From: a virus
Direction: 5' to 3' (one strand)
Length of the DNA: 64,000 bases
IMG/VR virus record: IMGVR_UViG_3300036820_000009
Span: 1 to 64,000 of that record
A model generated the notes under the pieces. That model did not search any database. It saw only the letters and a list, made by a program, of their open reading frames with translations, and had not been told where the DNA came from. Below, piece by piece: positions 44,574-55,090 of the stretch (position 1 is the first letter of the stretch; each line of letters starts with the position of its first letter). Position numbers and translations under genes: made by a program.

Positions 44574-45833
44574 TCAATAGCCGCGGCTATACGCCAAGAG
44601 ACACCATTTGCTCAAATCGGCGCTGTATTGGACCATGACATAATCGACCAGATTGGCGCCGGTCGACGCGGTGAAACTGGTGACATCGGTGCCGAACGCG
44701 ACGGAACTGTCAAACGCCACGGTGCGCGAACCGGTCGCATCCTGGATTAATTCGAGCAGCGCGATTTGACCATTGGTGCCGGCATCGAGCGTGAAGGTGA
44801 CATTGCTTTCGAGCGTAATGGCGTATTTGCCGACATCGGCCGCCATGGCCAGCGTTTCCGTGCTGCCGCTTACGGTAAGGGCGCTGACCACCGGCACCGC
44901 GTTCGGTGTCAGCGTCGCGGCGCTCGAACTGCCGCCAACCGTCATGTTCGTCGCGGTGATCTTGGTGACGCCGGTCAGATTATGCGTGCCATCGGTCAAT
45001 TCGAGTGGCGCGCCGGCACCGCTCACCGACAGAATGCCGCCGCTCACCGTGATCGTGCTGTTATCGGGCTGCACCAGGCCGGCCGCGCCGCTGGTGGCGA
45101 GCTGCACCGCTGGCGCCGCATCGGAAGGCATATAGGTCGCGGCCGTGCCATTGATCGCGACCGGGCCCGCCACGGCGGTCGGCACGCCGCTCGCCGCGCC
45201 CGCGCCGTCGCTCGCCGCGGTGATCTGCCCCTTGGCATTGACGGTGATGTTGGCGCTGACGAAGGTGCCGACATCGCTATTGACGGTATAGAGTGTGACC
45301 GCGCCGTCCGGCGCCAAGGTAGCATCGCCGGACACGGTCACGCCGAGTGGCGCGCCCGATACTTGGCCAACGAGGATCTGGCCGCTGCCCAGCGCCGCGC
45401 CCGCCGGCGACGACGTGCTGTTCGAAATCACGACATCGTCGGTGGCGGGCCATACCACGCCGCCGCTGCCGCCGGCGACCGCGGAAATGATGCCGCCTTC
45501 GGAAATGGTGATGGTCGAGCCATCGGGCTGCACCAGGCCGGCCTGACCGATCGATGCGATCTGCACCGCCGGCGCCGCGTCGGAAGGCATATAGGTCGCG
45601 GCCGTGCCATTGATCGCGACCGGGCCCGCCACGGCGGTCGGATCGGCGCCGACCGGAATATCGGCCTGCATCGCGATTTGCACGCCGCCCGAGGTCACGC
45701 CGTCGAAAATCCACATCTTGCCGGTATCGGTGACATAGACCGGCACATAGCTGATGCCGCCGGGCTGCGTCAGCGTCGCGCGCACCGCATCGGTCACGGA
45801 ATTGATGCCGAGGATGTTGGGCGAGTCGGTCAT
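44574..45833 (-). CDS. tail fibre-like protein with internal repeat
   Basis: ITVNAKGQITAA, IQDATGSRT; duplicated module. Confidence 0.7.
   Translation of the reverse strand: MTDSPNILGINSVTDAVRATLTQPGGISYVPVYVTDTGKMWIFDGVTSGGVQIAMQADIPVGADPTAVAGPVAINGTAATYMPSDAAPAVQIASIGQAGLVQPDGSTITISEGGIISAVAGGSGGVVWPATDDVVISNSTSSPAGAALGSGQILVGQVSGAPLGVTVSGDATLAPDGAVTLYTVNSDVGTFVSANITVNAKGQITAASDGAGAASGVPTAVAGPVAINGTAATYMPSDAAPAVQLATSGAAGLVQPDNSTITVSGGILSVSGAGAPLELTDGTHNLTGVTKITATNMTVGGSSSAATLTPNAVPVVSALTVSGSTETLAMAADVGKYAITLESNVTFTLDAGTNGQIALLELIQDATGSRTVAFDSSVAFGTDVTSFTASTGANLVDYVMVQYSADLSKWCLLAYSRGY
45121..45641. repeat. 62-bp identical direct repeat (45121-45182, 45580-45641)
   Basis: Encodes PTAVAGPVAINGTAATYMPS twice. 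Confidence 0.85.
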
Positions 45834-47809
45834 GACAACACTCCAAGCCGCATGGTTTCGATCGGTGCCGGGCCCAATCCACCGCAGGGGAAAACGCCGC
45901 TCGCCGGCAAATCGTCAAGACTGCCGAGACTTAGATTGCCGCGCGCGAAATACGGAATCATCATGAACGGACTGGTGCTAAACATGAGCTGGAGGCTCGA
46001 TCCGCTGCCCAGGATCTCGACCAGCGAATCGTTGAGGCTGGTCACGCCATAGAGCGTGTCGTCGAGCCACAACAGCCGCGACAGGCCGATTGGCGTCCCT
46101 TGCGGCTGCCCCGAGAATTGAGGAATTTGGCCGGTGCCGCTCGCCAGCACGCCGCTGGCCGGATTGATCGTGTAGAGCGTGTTCATGAACGTGGCGACGC
46201 TGATATTGCCGGACGGATCCCATGCCATCGCTTCCGGCAACTGGCCGGCCGCGAGCGTCTGCGTGGTCCATCCGCTGCCCTGATAGATCGATACCAGGCC
46301 GAGCCGCGCCGGTTCCAATTGATAGGGCGACGTGAACTGGAATTCGAAGGTTTCGCTGGCGCTCGACACCAGCAGATAGGGCAGCGCGAACGCCATCGCG
46401 GTCATCGCCGCGGAAATCGATTTGGCGGTTGCCGGCACGAACCCGACGCCGGTCACGTTCGGCTGATAGACATTGATCGTTTCATCGCCGGCGATGACGA
46501 GCTGGCCCTGGATCCAGGCGACGCCCGACGCGATGCCGCTGAAGCTACCGGTGGCGATCAGCGCCGCGTCGCCCATCATGGCGTAATAGCCGAGCGCGCC
46601 GCTGGTGCCGACCGCATAGAGATTTTCGTTCGGATCGACCGCGAACGCGGCGGGCACGAACGGCAGCGCGATGGTGCCGCCCAGCACCCAGCCGCTCGCG
46701 CCGAGATCGATGAACGCGACGCCGCCGGAATAGCCCGCCACCATCTGCGTCGCGGTCAACGGAAACAGGCTGGCGACGCCGGTCAGCGGAATGATGGCGC
46801 CGCTTGTCCACAGCGTCGTGTTGTCGAATACCGTGATCTGATTCAGCGACGGTTGCGCCACCAGCGCATAGTCCGACGACGGCGCGATCGCGATCGGGCC
46901 GGCGCCGGACAGCGGAATGGTCTGCGCCAGCGCCAGGATCGTGGTGATGTAGCTCGCGACATAGACGTTGCCCGATGCCGGATCCGACACCAGCAGCCCG
47001 AGCCCGTTCGGAATCCAGGCCACCTGGTCGGGACCGCCGAGGCCCGATAGCGATTGGTTGAGCGACCAGCCGCCGCCGGACGCGGGCACCCAAAGCCCGA
47101 GCAGCCCGGATGCCGGCGTCACGGTGCCGAGCAAGGTGGCGCCGGCATTCGGCGCCATCGCCGCGAATCCCGAGCCGATGGTATAGACGCTCCAACCGCC
47201 GACCGCGACCGCGCCCGAGGTCGCTGCGAGACAGAACGGATGGGCCATCGGCGTGGCGATCATGCCGGACGTGCCGCTGGTGGCGCTCGACAGCGCGAAC
47301 GTGCCGAGCCCCGATACCGCCGGCAACAGCGTGAACAGCGTGGTGCCGGACGCGTCGAGCCCAAACGCCGGCGCCGAACCGAATGCCGGCGCCGGCGCGA
47401 CCGCGGCGATCGCGGCGCCGCTCACGGTGTAGAGATCGGCCTTCGAATTGACGATGTAGGGCTCGGCATAGCCGCTGACGAAAGCCAGGCCGTTAAAAGC
47501 CGCGCCAGAGCCACCAGGAAGCGCGTAGGAGAGGAAGCCGCCGCTCGCCGCATACTTGACCAGCGCGTCGACATGCTGGCTGAAATAGACGTTCCCCGAC
47601 GCGTCCGCGCCCGCCGTCGAAAACCCGCCCGACACCGCGCCGGACGGATTGAGCGGCAGTCCCGACACACCGGTTTGGATCAGCACGCCATCCTGGAGCA
47701 ACCAGGCATCGATATCGTACCAGGCCGGCACGAACGGCGCGCCGCTGAACGCGGTCAGCGCCATCGCCTGAAGATCGATGTTGGGCGTCGGACGAAAGAA
47801 AATCGACAT
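45830..47809 (-). CDS. beta-propeller-like virion protein
   Basis: Repeated P..(A/V)W/DP.GN blade motifs. Confidence 0.6.
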   Translation of the reverse strand: MSIFFRPTPNIDLQAMALTAFSGAPFVPAWYDIDAWLLQDGVLIQTGVSGLPLNPSGAVSGGFSTAGADASGNVYFSQHVDALVKYAASGGFLSYALPGGSGAAFNGLAFVSGYAEPYIVNSKADLYTVSGAAIAAVAPAPAFGSAPAFGLDASGTTLFTLLPAVSGLGTFALSSATSGTSGMIATPMAHPFCLAATSGAVAVGGWSVYTIGSGFAAMAPNAGATLLGTVTPASGLLGLWVPASGGGWSLNQSLSGLGGPDQVAWIPNGLGLLVSDPASGNVYVASYITTILALAQTIPLSGAGPIAIAPSSDYALVAQPSLNQITVFDNTTLWTSGAIIPLTGVASLFPLTATQMVAGYSGGVAFIDLGASGWVLGGTIALPFVPAAFAVDPNENLYAVGTSGALGYYAMMGDAALIATGSFSGIASGVAWIQGQLVIAGDETINVYQPNVTGVGFVPATAKSISAAMTAMAFALPYLLVSSASETFEFQFTSPYQLEPARLGLVSIYQGSGWTTQTLAAGQLPEAMAWDPSGNISVATFMNTLYTINPASGVLASGTGQIPQFSGQPQGTPIGLSRLLWLDDTLYGVTSLNDSLVEILGSGSSLQLMFSTSPFMMIPYFARGNLSLGSLDDLPASGVFPCGGLGPAPIETMRLGVLS

Positions 47810-47855
47810 CGCGCGCGATCATATCGCGGCTATCCGGGATTACCGATCACAGCGC

Positions 47856-48698
47856 CTAATTGCTGATGTCGATGATGGTCGAGCCCACGCCGGCGCCGGT
47901 GATCGGCGCGCTCGGCGGACTGCTTTCGCCGGATGGCGTCGGATGGGTGTGCGCGTTGTAGGCCGCCACCAGTTTCGATGCGAGCACCAGGAAATCGTTC
48001 GGCGCGCCGCCGCCTTGGGTGATGTTGAACTTGTCGGCGCCTGCCAGCGCCAGTGTGGCATTGCCGCTGGAATCGATTTTCAGCGACGATTGGCCGAATA
48101 CCAGCGAGATGCTGGCCATGGCGCCGCCGGACACCAGGAAATTGCCGCTGCTGTCGAGCCGCACCGTGAGTCCTGAGCCGGCCTGGACGAAACTGCCCTG
48201 GAATGGCGGCGGCGGTGTCGCCACGCGCTGCGCGAACGTCAGGGCTTGTTGTTGCTGTTGGTTGTTTTCGACGATATGTCTATAAATCGTCGGTAGTATA
48301 GCGCCCGATCCGAAGGTCGCATAACTTCCGTCAGCGAACTGCTGTGCATAATTTCCTTTTCCATCAAGGAGATGCCAGTTCCCGGAGAAGTGTGCATCAT
48401 AATCGATGAACGGATCGGTCGCGTCGCCTGTCGTATGGATGGCGTCTAGCATGCTGGGATAGTAGGAACGTAGCCAGATACCATTGCGGGGATCGCCAGA
48501 GGGAAACGCCGCGAGTCCCCATGTGCCGATGCCTGGTAGCGGTTTTTGGCTAACCCGCAACGCATCCGCCGCATTATTGAAGCCGATGAAGATCGGAATG
48601 CCAGGGATATTGGCCTGCGAGATAAGCTGCACCATCATTTGCTGGCGCTGCGGCAGGTGCGCAATAACCTGGACCTTCGCGAGCAACGGCATATCCAT
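47856..48698 (-). CDS. baseplate spike (gpV-like)
   Basis: C-terminal YNAHTH..SGES.PP metal-tip motif. Confidence 0.75.
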   Translation of the reverse strand: MDMPLLAKVQVIAHLPQRQQMMVQLISQANIPGIPIFIGFNNAADALRVSQKPLPGIGTWGLAAFPSGDPRNGIWLRSYYPSMLDAIHTTGDATDPFIDYDAHFSGNWHLLDGKGNYAQQFADGSYATFGSGAILPTIYRHIVENNQQQQQALTFAQRVATPPPPFQGSFVQAGSGLTVRLDSSGNFLVSGGAMASISLVFGQSSLKIDSSGNATLALAGADKFNITQGGGAPNDFLVLASKLVAAYNAHTHPTPSGESSPPSAPITGAGVGSTIIDISN

Positions 48699-48701
48699 GG
48701 G

Positions 48702-49046
48702 CTACGATTCCCGTAATAGCTGTGGCACGGGCTGACGCCTTAATTCCCGCATCCTATTTAATAGCCGATGCAAAGCACGATGATGCAACGGGCAAACCCA
48801 GAAAACTCGCCAATGATCATGATAATCTGGATGGTGCATCTCGCTGGGCACACCACAAAAAATACACGGTTCTGGAATTAAAATACCACGAATTTTCAAC
48901 TGTCGCGATGCGACACGGGCCCGTATTTTCTGTTTTTTGACCTCACTCAACGTACTGTAGGGAATCGGGTAATCATGGCGCCAAGACCGCATGTTGGCCG
49001 CATGGCAGGCGCCGCAATACGAGTGCGGATAACCGTTTCGGCGCAT
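48702..49046 (-). CDS. HNH-like endonuclease
   Basis: CGAC, PCIFCG..EMHHPDY..VFWVCPLHH. Confidence 0.7.
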   Translation of the reverse strand: MRRNGYPHSYCGACHAANMRSWRHDYPIPYSTLSEVKKQKIRARVASRQLKIRGILIPEPCIFCGVPSEMHHPDYHDHWRVFWVCPLHHRALHRLLNRMRELRRQPVPQLLRES

Positions 49047-49161
49047 GCGTGAGTGTTCTGCGCCGCAACTATAACATGTAGTCGAAATCGATGCCTCGAA
49101 ACAGAAATCTCTAACCTATTGTTTTTGGCCTGTTCCTTGTGAAACAATCCCGCAATAGGTG

Positions 49162-49788
49162 TTAAGCATCGTCATAGGCGGGACTGACATCGAACCGTGC
49201 GGCATTCCGGTCTTTTGCCGACATGGTGAGGTTGGCACCATGTCCAATCGGCCAGCGGATGTCCAGCGTCGGATCATCCCACCGAATGGCGCGATCGTAG
49301 GCCGGATTGTGATAGCTGGTGGTCATGTAGACCACGCTGGCGCCGAGCTCGAACGTCATGAATCCGTGTGCGAAGCCAGGCGGCACATAGAGGGCGCATG
49401 GCGTCATTTCGTCGAGAATCGCGGTACAATGCTTGCCGAAGGTCGGCGAATGGCGACGCAGGTCGATCGCGACATCGAAAATTTTGCCCTGGATGATCTG
49501 CACCAGTTTGCCTTGCGGCCGGGGGTGCTGATAGTGCAAACCGCGCAGCACATAGGGCCGCGACCGTGAGAAGTTGCTTTGGACAAACCGGACCGGGTCC
49601 GCTGACGGGATGGCATCCATCAGCTCGGTCGCGCGAAAAAATTCGGTGAATACGCCGCGACTATCCCAGGTCACGCGGTTGGGGATGATCAAAAATACTT
49701 CCGGAATTTCGAGCGGCTTGATGCGAAATTTAGTCTCGACCGTGACCTGCGCGACAATCCCTTGTGTCGCGCCCGCGCTCTCTGTCAT
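49162..49788 (-). CDS. rmlC: dTDP-4-dehydrorhamnose 3,5-epimerase
   Basis: DSRGVFTE, VLRGLHYQ, QGKLV, DLRRHSPTFG, PPGFAHGF. Confidence 0.93.
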   Translation of the reverse strand: MTESAGATQGIVAQVTVETKFRIKPLEIPEVFLIIPNRVTWDSRGVFTEFFRATELMDAIPSADPVRFVQSNFSRSRPYVLRGLHYQHPRPQGKLVQIIQGKIFDVAIDLRRHSPTFGKHCTAILDEMTPCALYVPPGFAHGFMTFELGASVVYMTTSYHNPAYDRAIRWDDPTLDIRWPIGHGANLTMSAKDRNAARFDVSPAYDDA

Positions 49789-49817
49789 GATTCCCCTCCG
49801 GTGTGCAGGGGGAAAGC

Positions 49818-50891
49818 ATGACACTAGGAACTCCATCGGACAAGTCGGCCGGTATCGAGGGTGTCGCGCCCAAGAAAATTTTGTGCATCGGTGGTGGCGG
49901 CTATATCGGCAGCCGATTGGTGCCGATCCTGCTGGCGGCCGGTCACCATGCCGAAGTGCTGGACACGTTTTGGTTCGGCGATCGCGGCGATGCGGCATGG
50001 AAAACAGCGGACGATGCGTGGAATCTCGATCTTAATACGCTGAGTGCGTTCGATTGCGTGATCTGGTTGGCCGGCATGTCCAATGATCCGATGGCCGATT
50101 TTTCGCCGGCGATGAACTTCATCGAGAATGCCGCGGCACCCTGCTACATCGCGCACCTGGCGAAGCGCGCCGGCGTGCGTCGGTTCATCAATGCGAGCTC
50201 GTGCTCGGTCTATGGCTTCGCGCCGGACCATCAAAGCATCGAGCGGTCGCAACCCCAAACCATGTTTCCCTACGGCATCGGCAAGCTGATGGCGGAACGC
50301 GGCTGCCATCAATTGGTCGACGAGAATTTTTCGGTGATTTCGCTGCGCAAGGGCACGGTGTCGGGCTATAGCCCGCGCATGCGGTTCGATCTTATCGTCA
50401 ACACCATGTTCCGCGATGCGGTGCGAGCGCATGCCATCCACGTCGCGCCGGGTGAAATCTGGCGGCCGATCGTCGCGATGACCGACGCGGTGCGCGCCTA
50501 TCTGCTGGCGGTGGAAGTCGGCGCGGCGCTGAGCGGCGTGTTCAACATCGTGACCGAGAACGCGACCGTGTTCGATGTTGCACAGCGCGTGCAACAGCGT
50601 GTCAAGACGCAGCTTGGCATCAATGCGGTGCTGATCGAACGACCAGTGATCGAGAACAAGCGCAGCTATCGCGCATCCGGCCTGCGCGCGAAAGACGCGC
50701 TCGATTTCGTGCCAACCGGATCGGTCGAATCGATCGTCGACGAATTGTGCGCGCGGCTTGACGAATGGCCGGATTTCGCCGACCCGATGTATTACAACAT
50801 CGAGATCTTCAAGGGATTGCGCCTGACGCGCCAGTCATTTGGGGTGTCGCATATATCTGCGCCGAGAGAGCCAGCCACGACGCAAAATTAG
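49818..50891 (+). CDS. NAD-dependent NDP-sugar epimerase/dehydratase (extended SDR)
   Basis: GGGGYIG, LAGMSNDP, ASSCSVYG, YGIGK, RMRFDLIVN. Confidence 0.88.
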   Translation: MTLGTPSDKSAGIEGVAPKKILCIGGGGYIGSRLVPILLAAGHHAEVLDTFWFGDRGDAAWKTADDAWNLDLNTLSAFDCVIWLAGMSNDPMADFSPAMNFIENAAAPCYIAHLAKRAGVRRFINASSCSVYGFAPDHQSIERSQPQTMFPYGIGKLMAERGCHQLVDENFSVISLRKGTVSGYSPRMRFDLIVNTMFRDAVRAHAIHVAPGEIWRPIVAMTDAVRAYLLAVEVGAALSGVFNIVTENATVFDVAQRVQQRVKTQLGINAVLIERPVIENKRSYRASGLRAKDALDFVPTGSVESIVDELCARLDEWPDFADPMYYNIEIFKGLRLTRQSFGVSHISAPREPATTQN

Positions 50892-52500
50892 AATAGCTGA
50901 TGCCCTGAAGCGTGGTGCCGCTGGTCGGATTGCCGACGACGTACTTCCCTTCCTGCCGCATCATATTTCCTTTCAGCGCATTCATCAGCATGCCGCCGAT
51001 CGAAGTATCGGCATAAACCGTTGTCGGAAGGCCGCGCGATAGGCTGATCTCGGTACTCGACGGACCGCCGAAAACCCAATGGTTTTTTACTTCGTCGATA
51101 TAGAAATCATAGGTCGGTTCATTCTTGAAGGGTTGGCAGCGAAACCGACAGCCAGGAAAAATATCTGGACGCAGCGGCAACATCTGTACGCCGCGCGCCA
51201 TGATCGCGACCGGTTCATAATAGGCCGAGAATTGACCGAGCAGATCGGCGACAATCTGACCGAGCGGCTGTTGCTGGGTACCGCTCGGATCGTTGAACCA
51301 AGACACGGTGCCGTTCGCCGGCCGATAGCCATAACGATGAATCGACGCGATGTCGCCAGCCATGCCGTTGCTGATCAAGAGCGGCGCGATACCGCCATTG
51401 CCGCCGCCCTGAGCATTGCCGCCATAGAGCGCGGTCGCTGGCGTCGCGTTCACCGTGAAGACATTGACAACTTGCTCTTCGGTGAAATTGATGCCGCTTT
51501 CGAGGAACGGAAACAGACTCGCCGGCGCGGGGCTATCGACATAGAACAGCGGCAATGCGTTCCATAATGATGCGTCGATGCCATCGAGCGGCGCGCCGTT
51601 GCCGCCACCGTCCGAACTGTTGGTAAGTCGCGGCTGCGGGTTGACGCGACAGATCAGCATCGGGCCCGCGCTCGCCGCGCTGCCTAATTCTGCCGATGAA
51701 AATTGATAGCCCGCGGTGGCGCCGGGATAAAGGCTAGCGGGCGCGCTAATAATGAAAACCTCGTACCAGGGGAATGGCAGAATATCGTGGAATTTTTTAA
51801 TCCATGGTCCTTCGCTGCCGATGAATACATCGGCGTCGGGAATTTGGTAAACGGACGATGGGTAGGGTTGAAAATAGGTGCCCATCGCGGTGCCGAACGG
51901 CACGCGACTATCCTGATACGGGACATAGGTTTGCGACAGGATACCGGACGTGCCGGCCATCACATTGTTATACCAAGCACTTGCAATCTGATCGGGCGGC
52001 CCAGCCAAATAGGCCAGCGACGATTGATAGGGCCATGTGCCGGCGCCGCTGGCTGGCGGCAGCGTCGCGGCGCCACCGAAGATCGATAGATACCAGAGCG
52101 CATAGAACGAAAACGATTCGAAGAAACTGCCGAAATCCTTTCCGGTCACCGTGATCGATCGAGTGACCGGTCCTTCGCTTTCCCATGCTTGGCTTTCGTA
52201 AATCTTGGTGACAATGCCGACCATGGAAACGGCGATCTCGCCCATGCGCGCCATCGCGATGATGGCGAGCGAACGCGGCGTGATTATTTCGGTCCATGAT
52301 GGCACGCTATCGACGCCGGCAGGGCCGCCGGGAACCAGCTCGATCGAAAATTCACCGCAAGTTTCGCCGATGTTTTTGCGCGTTATGCATTCGAGAATCT
52401 GTGCCCCTTGCAATGTGTAGGTGCCGCCTTCGAACGGATAGATATCGACCGTGCAAAGCGGCATCGCGACGGGTGAAAACATGCCTTCCGCGACGCTCAT
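50809..52500 (-). CDS. baseplate hub-like protein
   Basis: Follows the tape measure; ITVTGKDFG, FYIDEV.N.W..T...L.RG. Confidence 0.65.
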   Translation of the reverse strand: MSVAEGMFSPVAMPLCTVDIYPFEGGTYTLQGAQILECITRKNIGETCGEFSIELVPGGPAGVDSVPSWTEIITPRSLAIIAMARMGEIAVSMVGIVTKIYESQAWESEGPVTRSITVTGKDFGSFFESFSFYALWYLSIFGGAATLPPASGAGTWPYQSSLAYLAGPPDQIASAWYNNVMAGTSGILSQTYVPYQDSRVPFGTAMGTYFQPYPSSVYQIPDADVFIGSEGPWIKKFHDILPFPWYEVFIISAPASLYPGATAGYQFSSAELGSAASAGPMLICRVNPQPRLTNSSDGGGNGAPLDGIDASLWNALPLFYVDSPAPASLFPFLESGINFTEEQVVNVFTVNATPATALYGGNAQGGGNGGIAPLLISNGMAGDIASIHRYGYRPANGTVSWFNDPSGTQQQPLGQIVADLLGQFSAYYEPVAIMARGVQMLPLRPDIFPGCRFRCQPFKNEPTYDFYIDEVKNHWVFGGPSSTEISLSRGLPTTVYADTSIGGMLMNALKGNMMRQEGKYVVGNPTSGTTLQGISYSNFASWLALSAQIYATPQMTGASGAIP

Positions 52501-54719
52501 TGCGGCGGCGCGCCGGTGACACGGGTCGATTGCTGCGGATGCCTGACCCAGGGGGACATGCGCGGACCGCTGCGAGCGGATGCCTGTTCAATCGCCCTTA
52601 TCATGCCGTCGAATCCCTGTTTCATCGCGCGCGCGCCGTCGATCATTTGGGTAATGGTATCGCTGGCATATTTTACGGCCGGCAAAAAAACATTCGCGGC
52701 ACGTTCCGATCCAGCCATTTCCATTTGCGACGCGCTCGACAACGCCGGATTGAACCAAGGCTGATCGCCGCCGCCCAAGGGAACATTGCCCGTATGCTCA
52801 AGCGCGGCGGCGCCGGCATGCTGCCTGATCGTCGCGACGTAATTATGGGTTTCGCCGATCGGAATGGCGGCCGCGAAAGCGGCATCGCTGAGTTGGCCGG
52901 TGCGCGGATCGCCAATCGTCTTCAGCCAGCCCCGATGATAAATGCCGCTTTTGTCGCGATAGCCTTCGAGCCGCCCCATGCCGGCATTATAGGCAGTTAG
53001 AGCAAGCGTCGTGTCGCCGTTATATCGTTTCAGCAGCATATTCATATAGAATTGGCCGAGCTTTCGATTATAGGCGGCATCGGTCCGCGCAAGCTGGCGA
53101 TCGACCGGCGCACCCGTCGCGCGTTCGATATCCTTGATCGCGCCCTCGGTAATTTGCATGACGCCGAAGGCTCCCTTCGACGACGTCAATGTGTGGCCTT
53201 TGGTGTCGAATTGATTGCCGCCGCTTTCCGTTCGCTCCATGGCGTGAAAAAGATCGCTGCTGGATGCTCCACCCGCGGCGCCGGCGAGCGGACCGCCGGT
53301 ATGCATGAGCGCGAGCGCTTGATCCATCGACGAAGTGCTGGTATCGCCGAATCCCATCTGCGCCAGAACGCGCGCGCGAATACCCGGCGACAATCCCGGC
53401 AGAATCGATCCCGCGATATTTTGCACGGTCTGCAACAACTGCGGCGAACCGCGGCCTAGCTTGAACAGCAAATCGATCGCGTTACCGGTATGACCCAGCC
53501 GGAATTCCGTCTGAATCATGCCGATCTGTTCGTTCCAATAACTTTGCTCGACCTTGTCTGGCTTGCCACCAATCAATGCCTCGATATCACCCTTCGATCG
53601 AAAACCGTTGAATTGCCGCATCAGCGGGCCGGCCATGAGCAGTGCCGTGGGATTGCTCATGATATTGCCGAAATTCGCGGCCGCCGATGTTGCGATGTTG
53701 GCGCCCAATTCACCGGTCATCGCTTGCGGTGTGCCGATGCGGCCGGTTTGCAGGAGGAAATTCATCATCCAACTGCTGCCGCCTTGCGGACCGCCCATGC
53801 GCGCGACGGTTTCCATCGCATCGAGCATGGAATTCAGTACCTTTGATTTATCGAGCCCTTCCGCTTGCGCTTGTACCAATGCGGCATTGATTCGCGTCAA
53901 ATATTGTTCAATGCCGGCGCCGGTCGGTTGAATGAAGCCGCGACCGAGGGCTTCGCGCGTGACATTGCCGGCAGTCCCGTCCGGCAGATTGGCGAAGCCT
54001 TCCGATCGCATTGCGAGCGATACCGCGCGAGCGGCGCGGTCGGGGCTCGCATATCGATTGATGCCGCGCGCGCGCGCTTCCGGAAGCACGCCGACACTCC
54101 CAAGATTTCGGATCGCCTCTTCCGGTGAAACATTATATTTGAGCATCCAACCGGGGATATCCATGCCGCCATGCGGATTTCCGAGCGTATAGAATTGCCG
54201 CATGAATGAATCGGCGCCATAGCCACCAGCACGCGCCACTTCATAGGCGCTGCCGGCGAAGCCGGTGAATCGCTGCGCTGGGCCTGTCGCCATTTTCCAA
54301 AATTGCGACATGATCGTTTGCGGCATGAAGGTCGCGGTGCCGAGGCCTAGGATCGCGAGCAATTCCGGCGCCATCATGCCCATGGCGCCGCTTATCATCC
54401 CGCCAGCACTCCCGGCGCCAGCAAGGAACGATAGCGCGCGGCCACGCATGCCACCGCCACCACCGCCGCCACCGCCGCCGCCCGGTCCAGGTCCACCGGG
54501 GCCACCGGGGCCACCGGGAACGTTGCCGGATCCGGTGGCATTCAGCGTGACATTGGCTTGCGCGACATGGATGACGGCCTGATTGATGAACAGTACCGCG
54601 CGACCGATATTTCCGGTGAATTGGGCTTGTTGTCCGTTCTGATAAGCATTACGCCACGGATCGCCGCCGCTAGTCGTCGCGGGTACGTTGCCGCGTCCCC
54701 ACATATTGATAACCGGCAT
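52497..54719 (-). CDS. tape-measure-like protein with lytic transglycosylase (SLT) domain
   Basis: ESGG, GAFGVMQI, ALTAYNAG, ETHNYV; follows the chaperone genes. Confidence 0.8.
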   Translation of the reverse strand: MPVINMWGRGNVPATTSGGDPWRNAYQNGQQAQFTGNIGRAVLFINQAVIHVAQANVTLNATGSGNVPGGPGGPGGPGPGGGGGGGGGGGMRGRALSFLAGAGSAGGMISGAMGMMAPELLAILGLGTATFMPQTIMSQFWKMATGPAQRFTGFAGSAYEVARAGGYGADSFMRQFYTLGNPHGGMDIPGWMLKYNVSPEEAIRNLGSVGVLPEARARGINRYASPDRAARAVSLAMRSEGFANLPDGTAGNVTREALGRGFIQPTGAGIEQYLTRINAALVQAQAEGLDKSKVLNSMLDAMETVARMGGPQGGSSWMMNFLLQTGRIGTPQAMTGELGANIATSAAANFGNIMSNPTALLMAGPLMRQFNGFRSKGDIEALIGGKPDKVEQSYWNEQIGMIQTEFRLGHTGNAIDLLFKLGRGSPQLLQTVQNIAGSILPGLSPGIRARVLAQMGFGDTSTSSMDQALALMHTGGPLAGAAGGASSSDLFHAMERTESGGNQFDTKGHTLTSSKGAFGVMQITEGAIKDIERATGAPVDRQLARTDAAYNRKLGQFYMNMLLKRYNGDTTLALTAYNAGMGRLEGYRDKSGIYHRGWLKTIGDPRTGQLSDAAFAAAIPIGETHNYVATIRQHAGAAALEHTGNVPLGGGDQPWFNPALSSASQMEMAGSERAANVFLPAVKYASDTITQMIDGARAMKQGFDGMIRAIEQASARSGPRMSPWVRHPQQSTRVTGAPPQ

Positions 54720-54725
54720 GGCGCA

Positions 54726-55090
54726 TCATCCTTTCGGCGTTCTAGCCTTGCGTTTGAGCTGGGCAAAATCCGTCTTCATCTGCGCCAATCGCGCGCGCGT
54801 CTTTTCGCTGATTTTGAATGGCGCCATGAAATTCTCATGCGCTTTGCCGATCAGCCGATGTTCCAGCGCTGCCCGTTGTTCCATCGCGTTTTTTGGTTTA
54901 TCGCCGCCGCGGGAGAAGGTGCCGCGCTTCGGATCGTCCTTCACCCACATCTCAAGAATGAAATCGAGATGCGTTTCGCTGAGATCGAGCAGCTCAGCCT
55001 TGAACGGGTTCCTGTGTCCCTGAATCTCCGCTACCTGCCACAGCTTGATCAGTAGGCGGTTTTGGATAGGGAAACCGGTTCCTCCGAAAG
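54726..55090 (-). CDS. tail assembly chaperone extension (+1 frameshift product)
   Basis: +1 frame open across ACC TTT CGG, no good start of its own. Confidence 0.6.

Noticed and set aside
45121-45641. Diversity-generating retroelement TR/VR pair
   Set aside because: The copies are identical, with no adenine-specific mismatches, and no reverse transcriptase is seen
30040-48702. In-frame TAG junctions (30050/30040, 36119/36103, 43944/43940, 48702/48698) as programmed read-through fusions
   Set aside because: Each downstream gene has its own ATG, and about one third of junctions are in frame by chance
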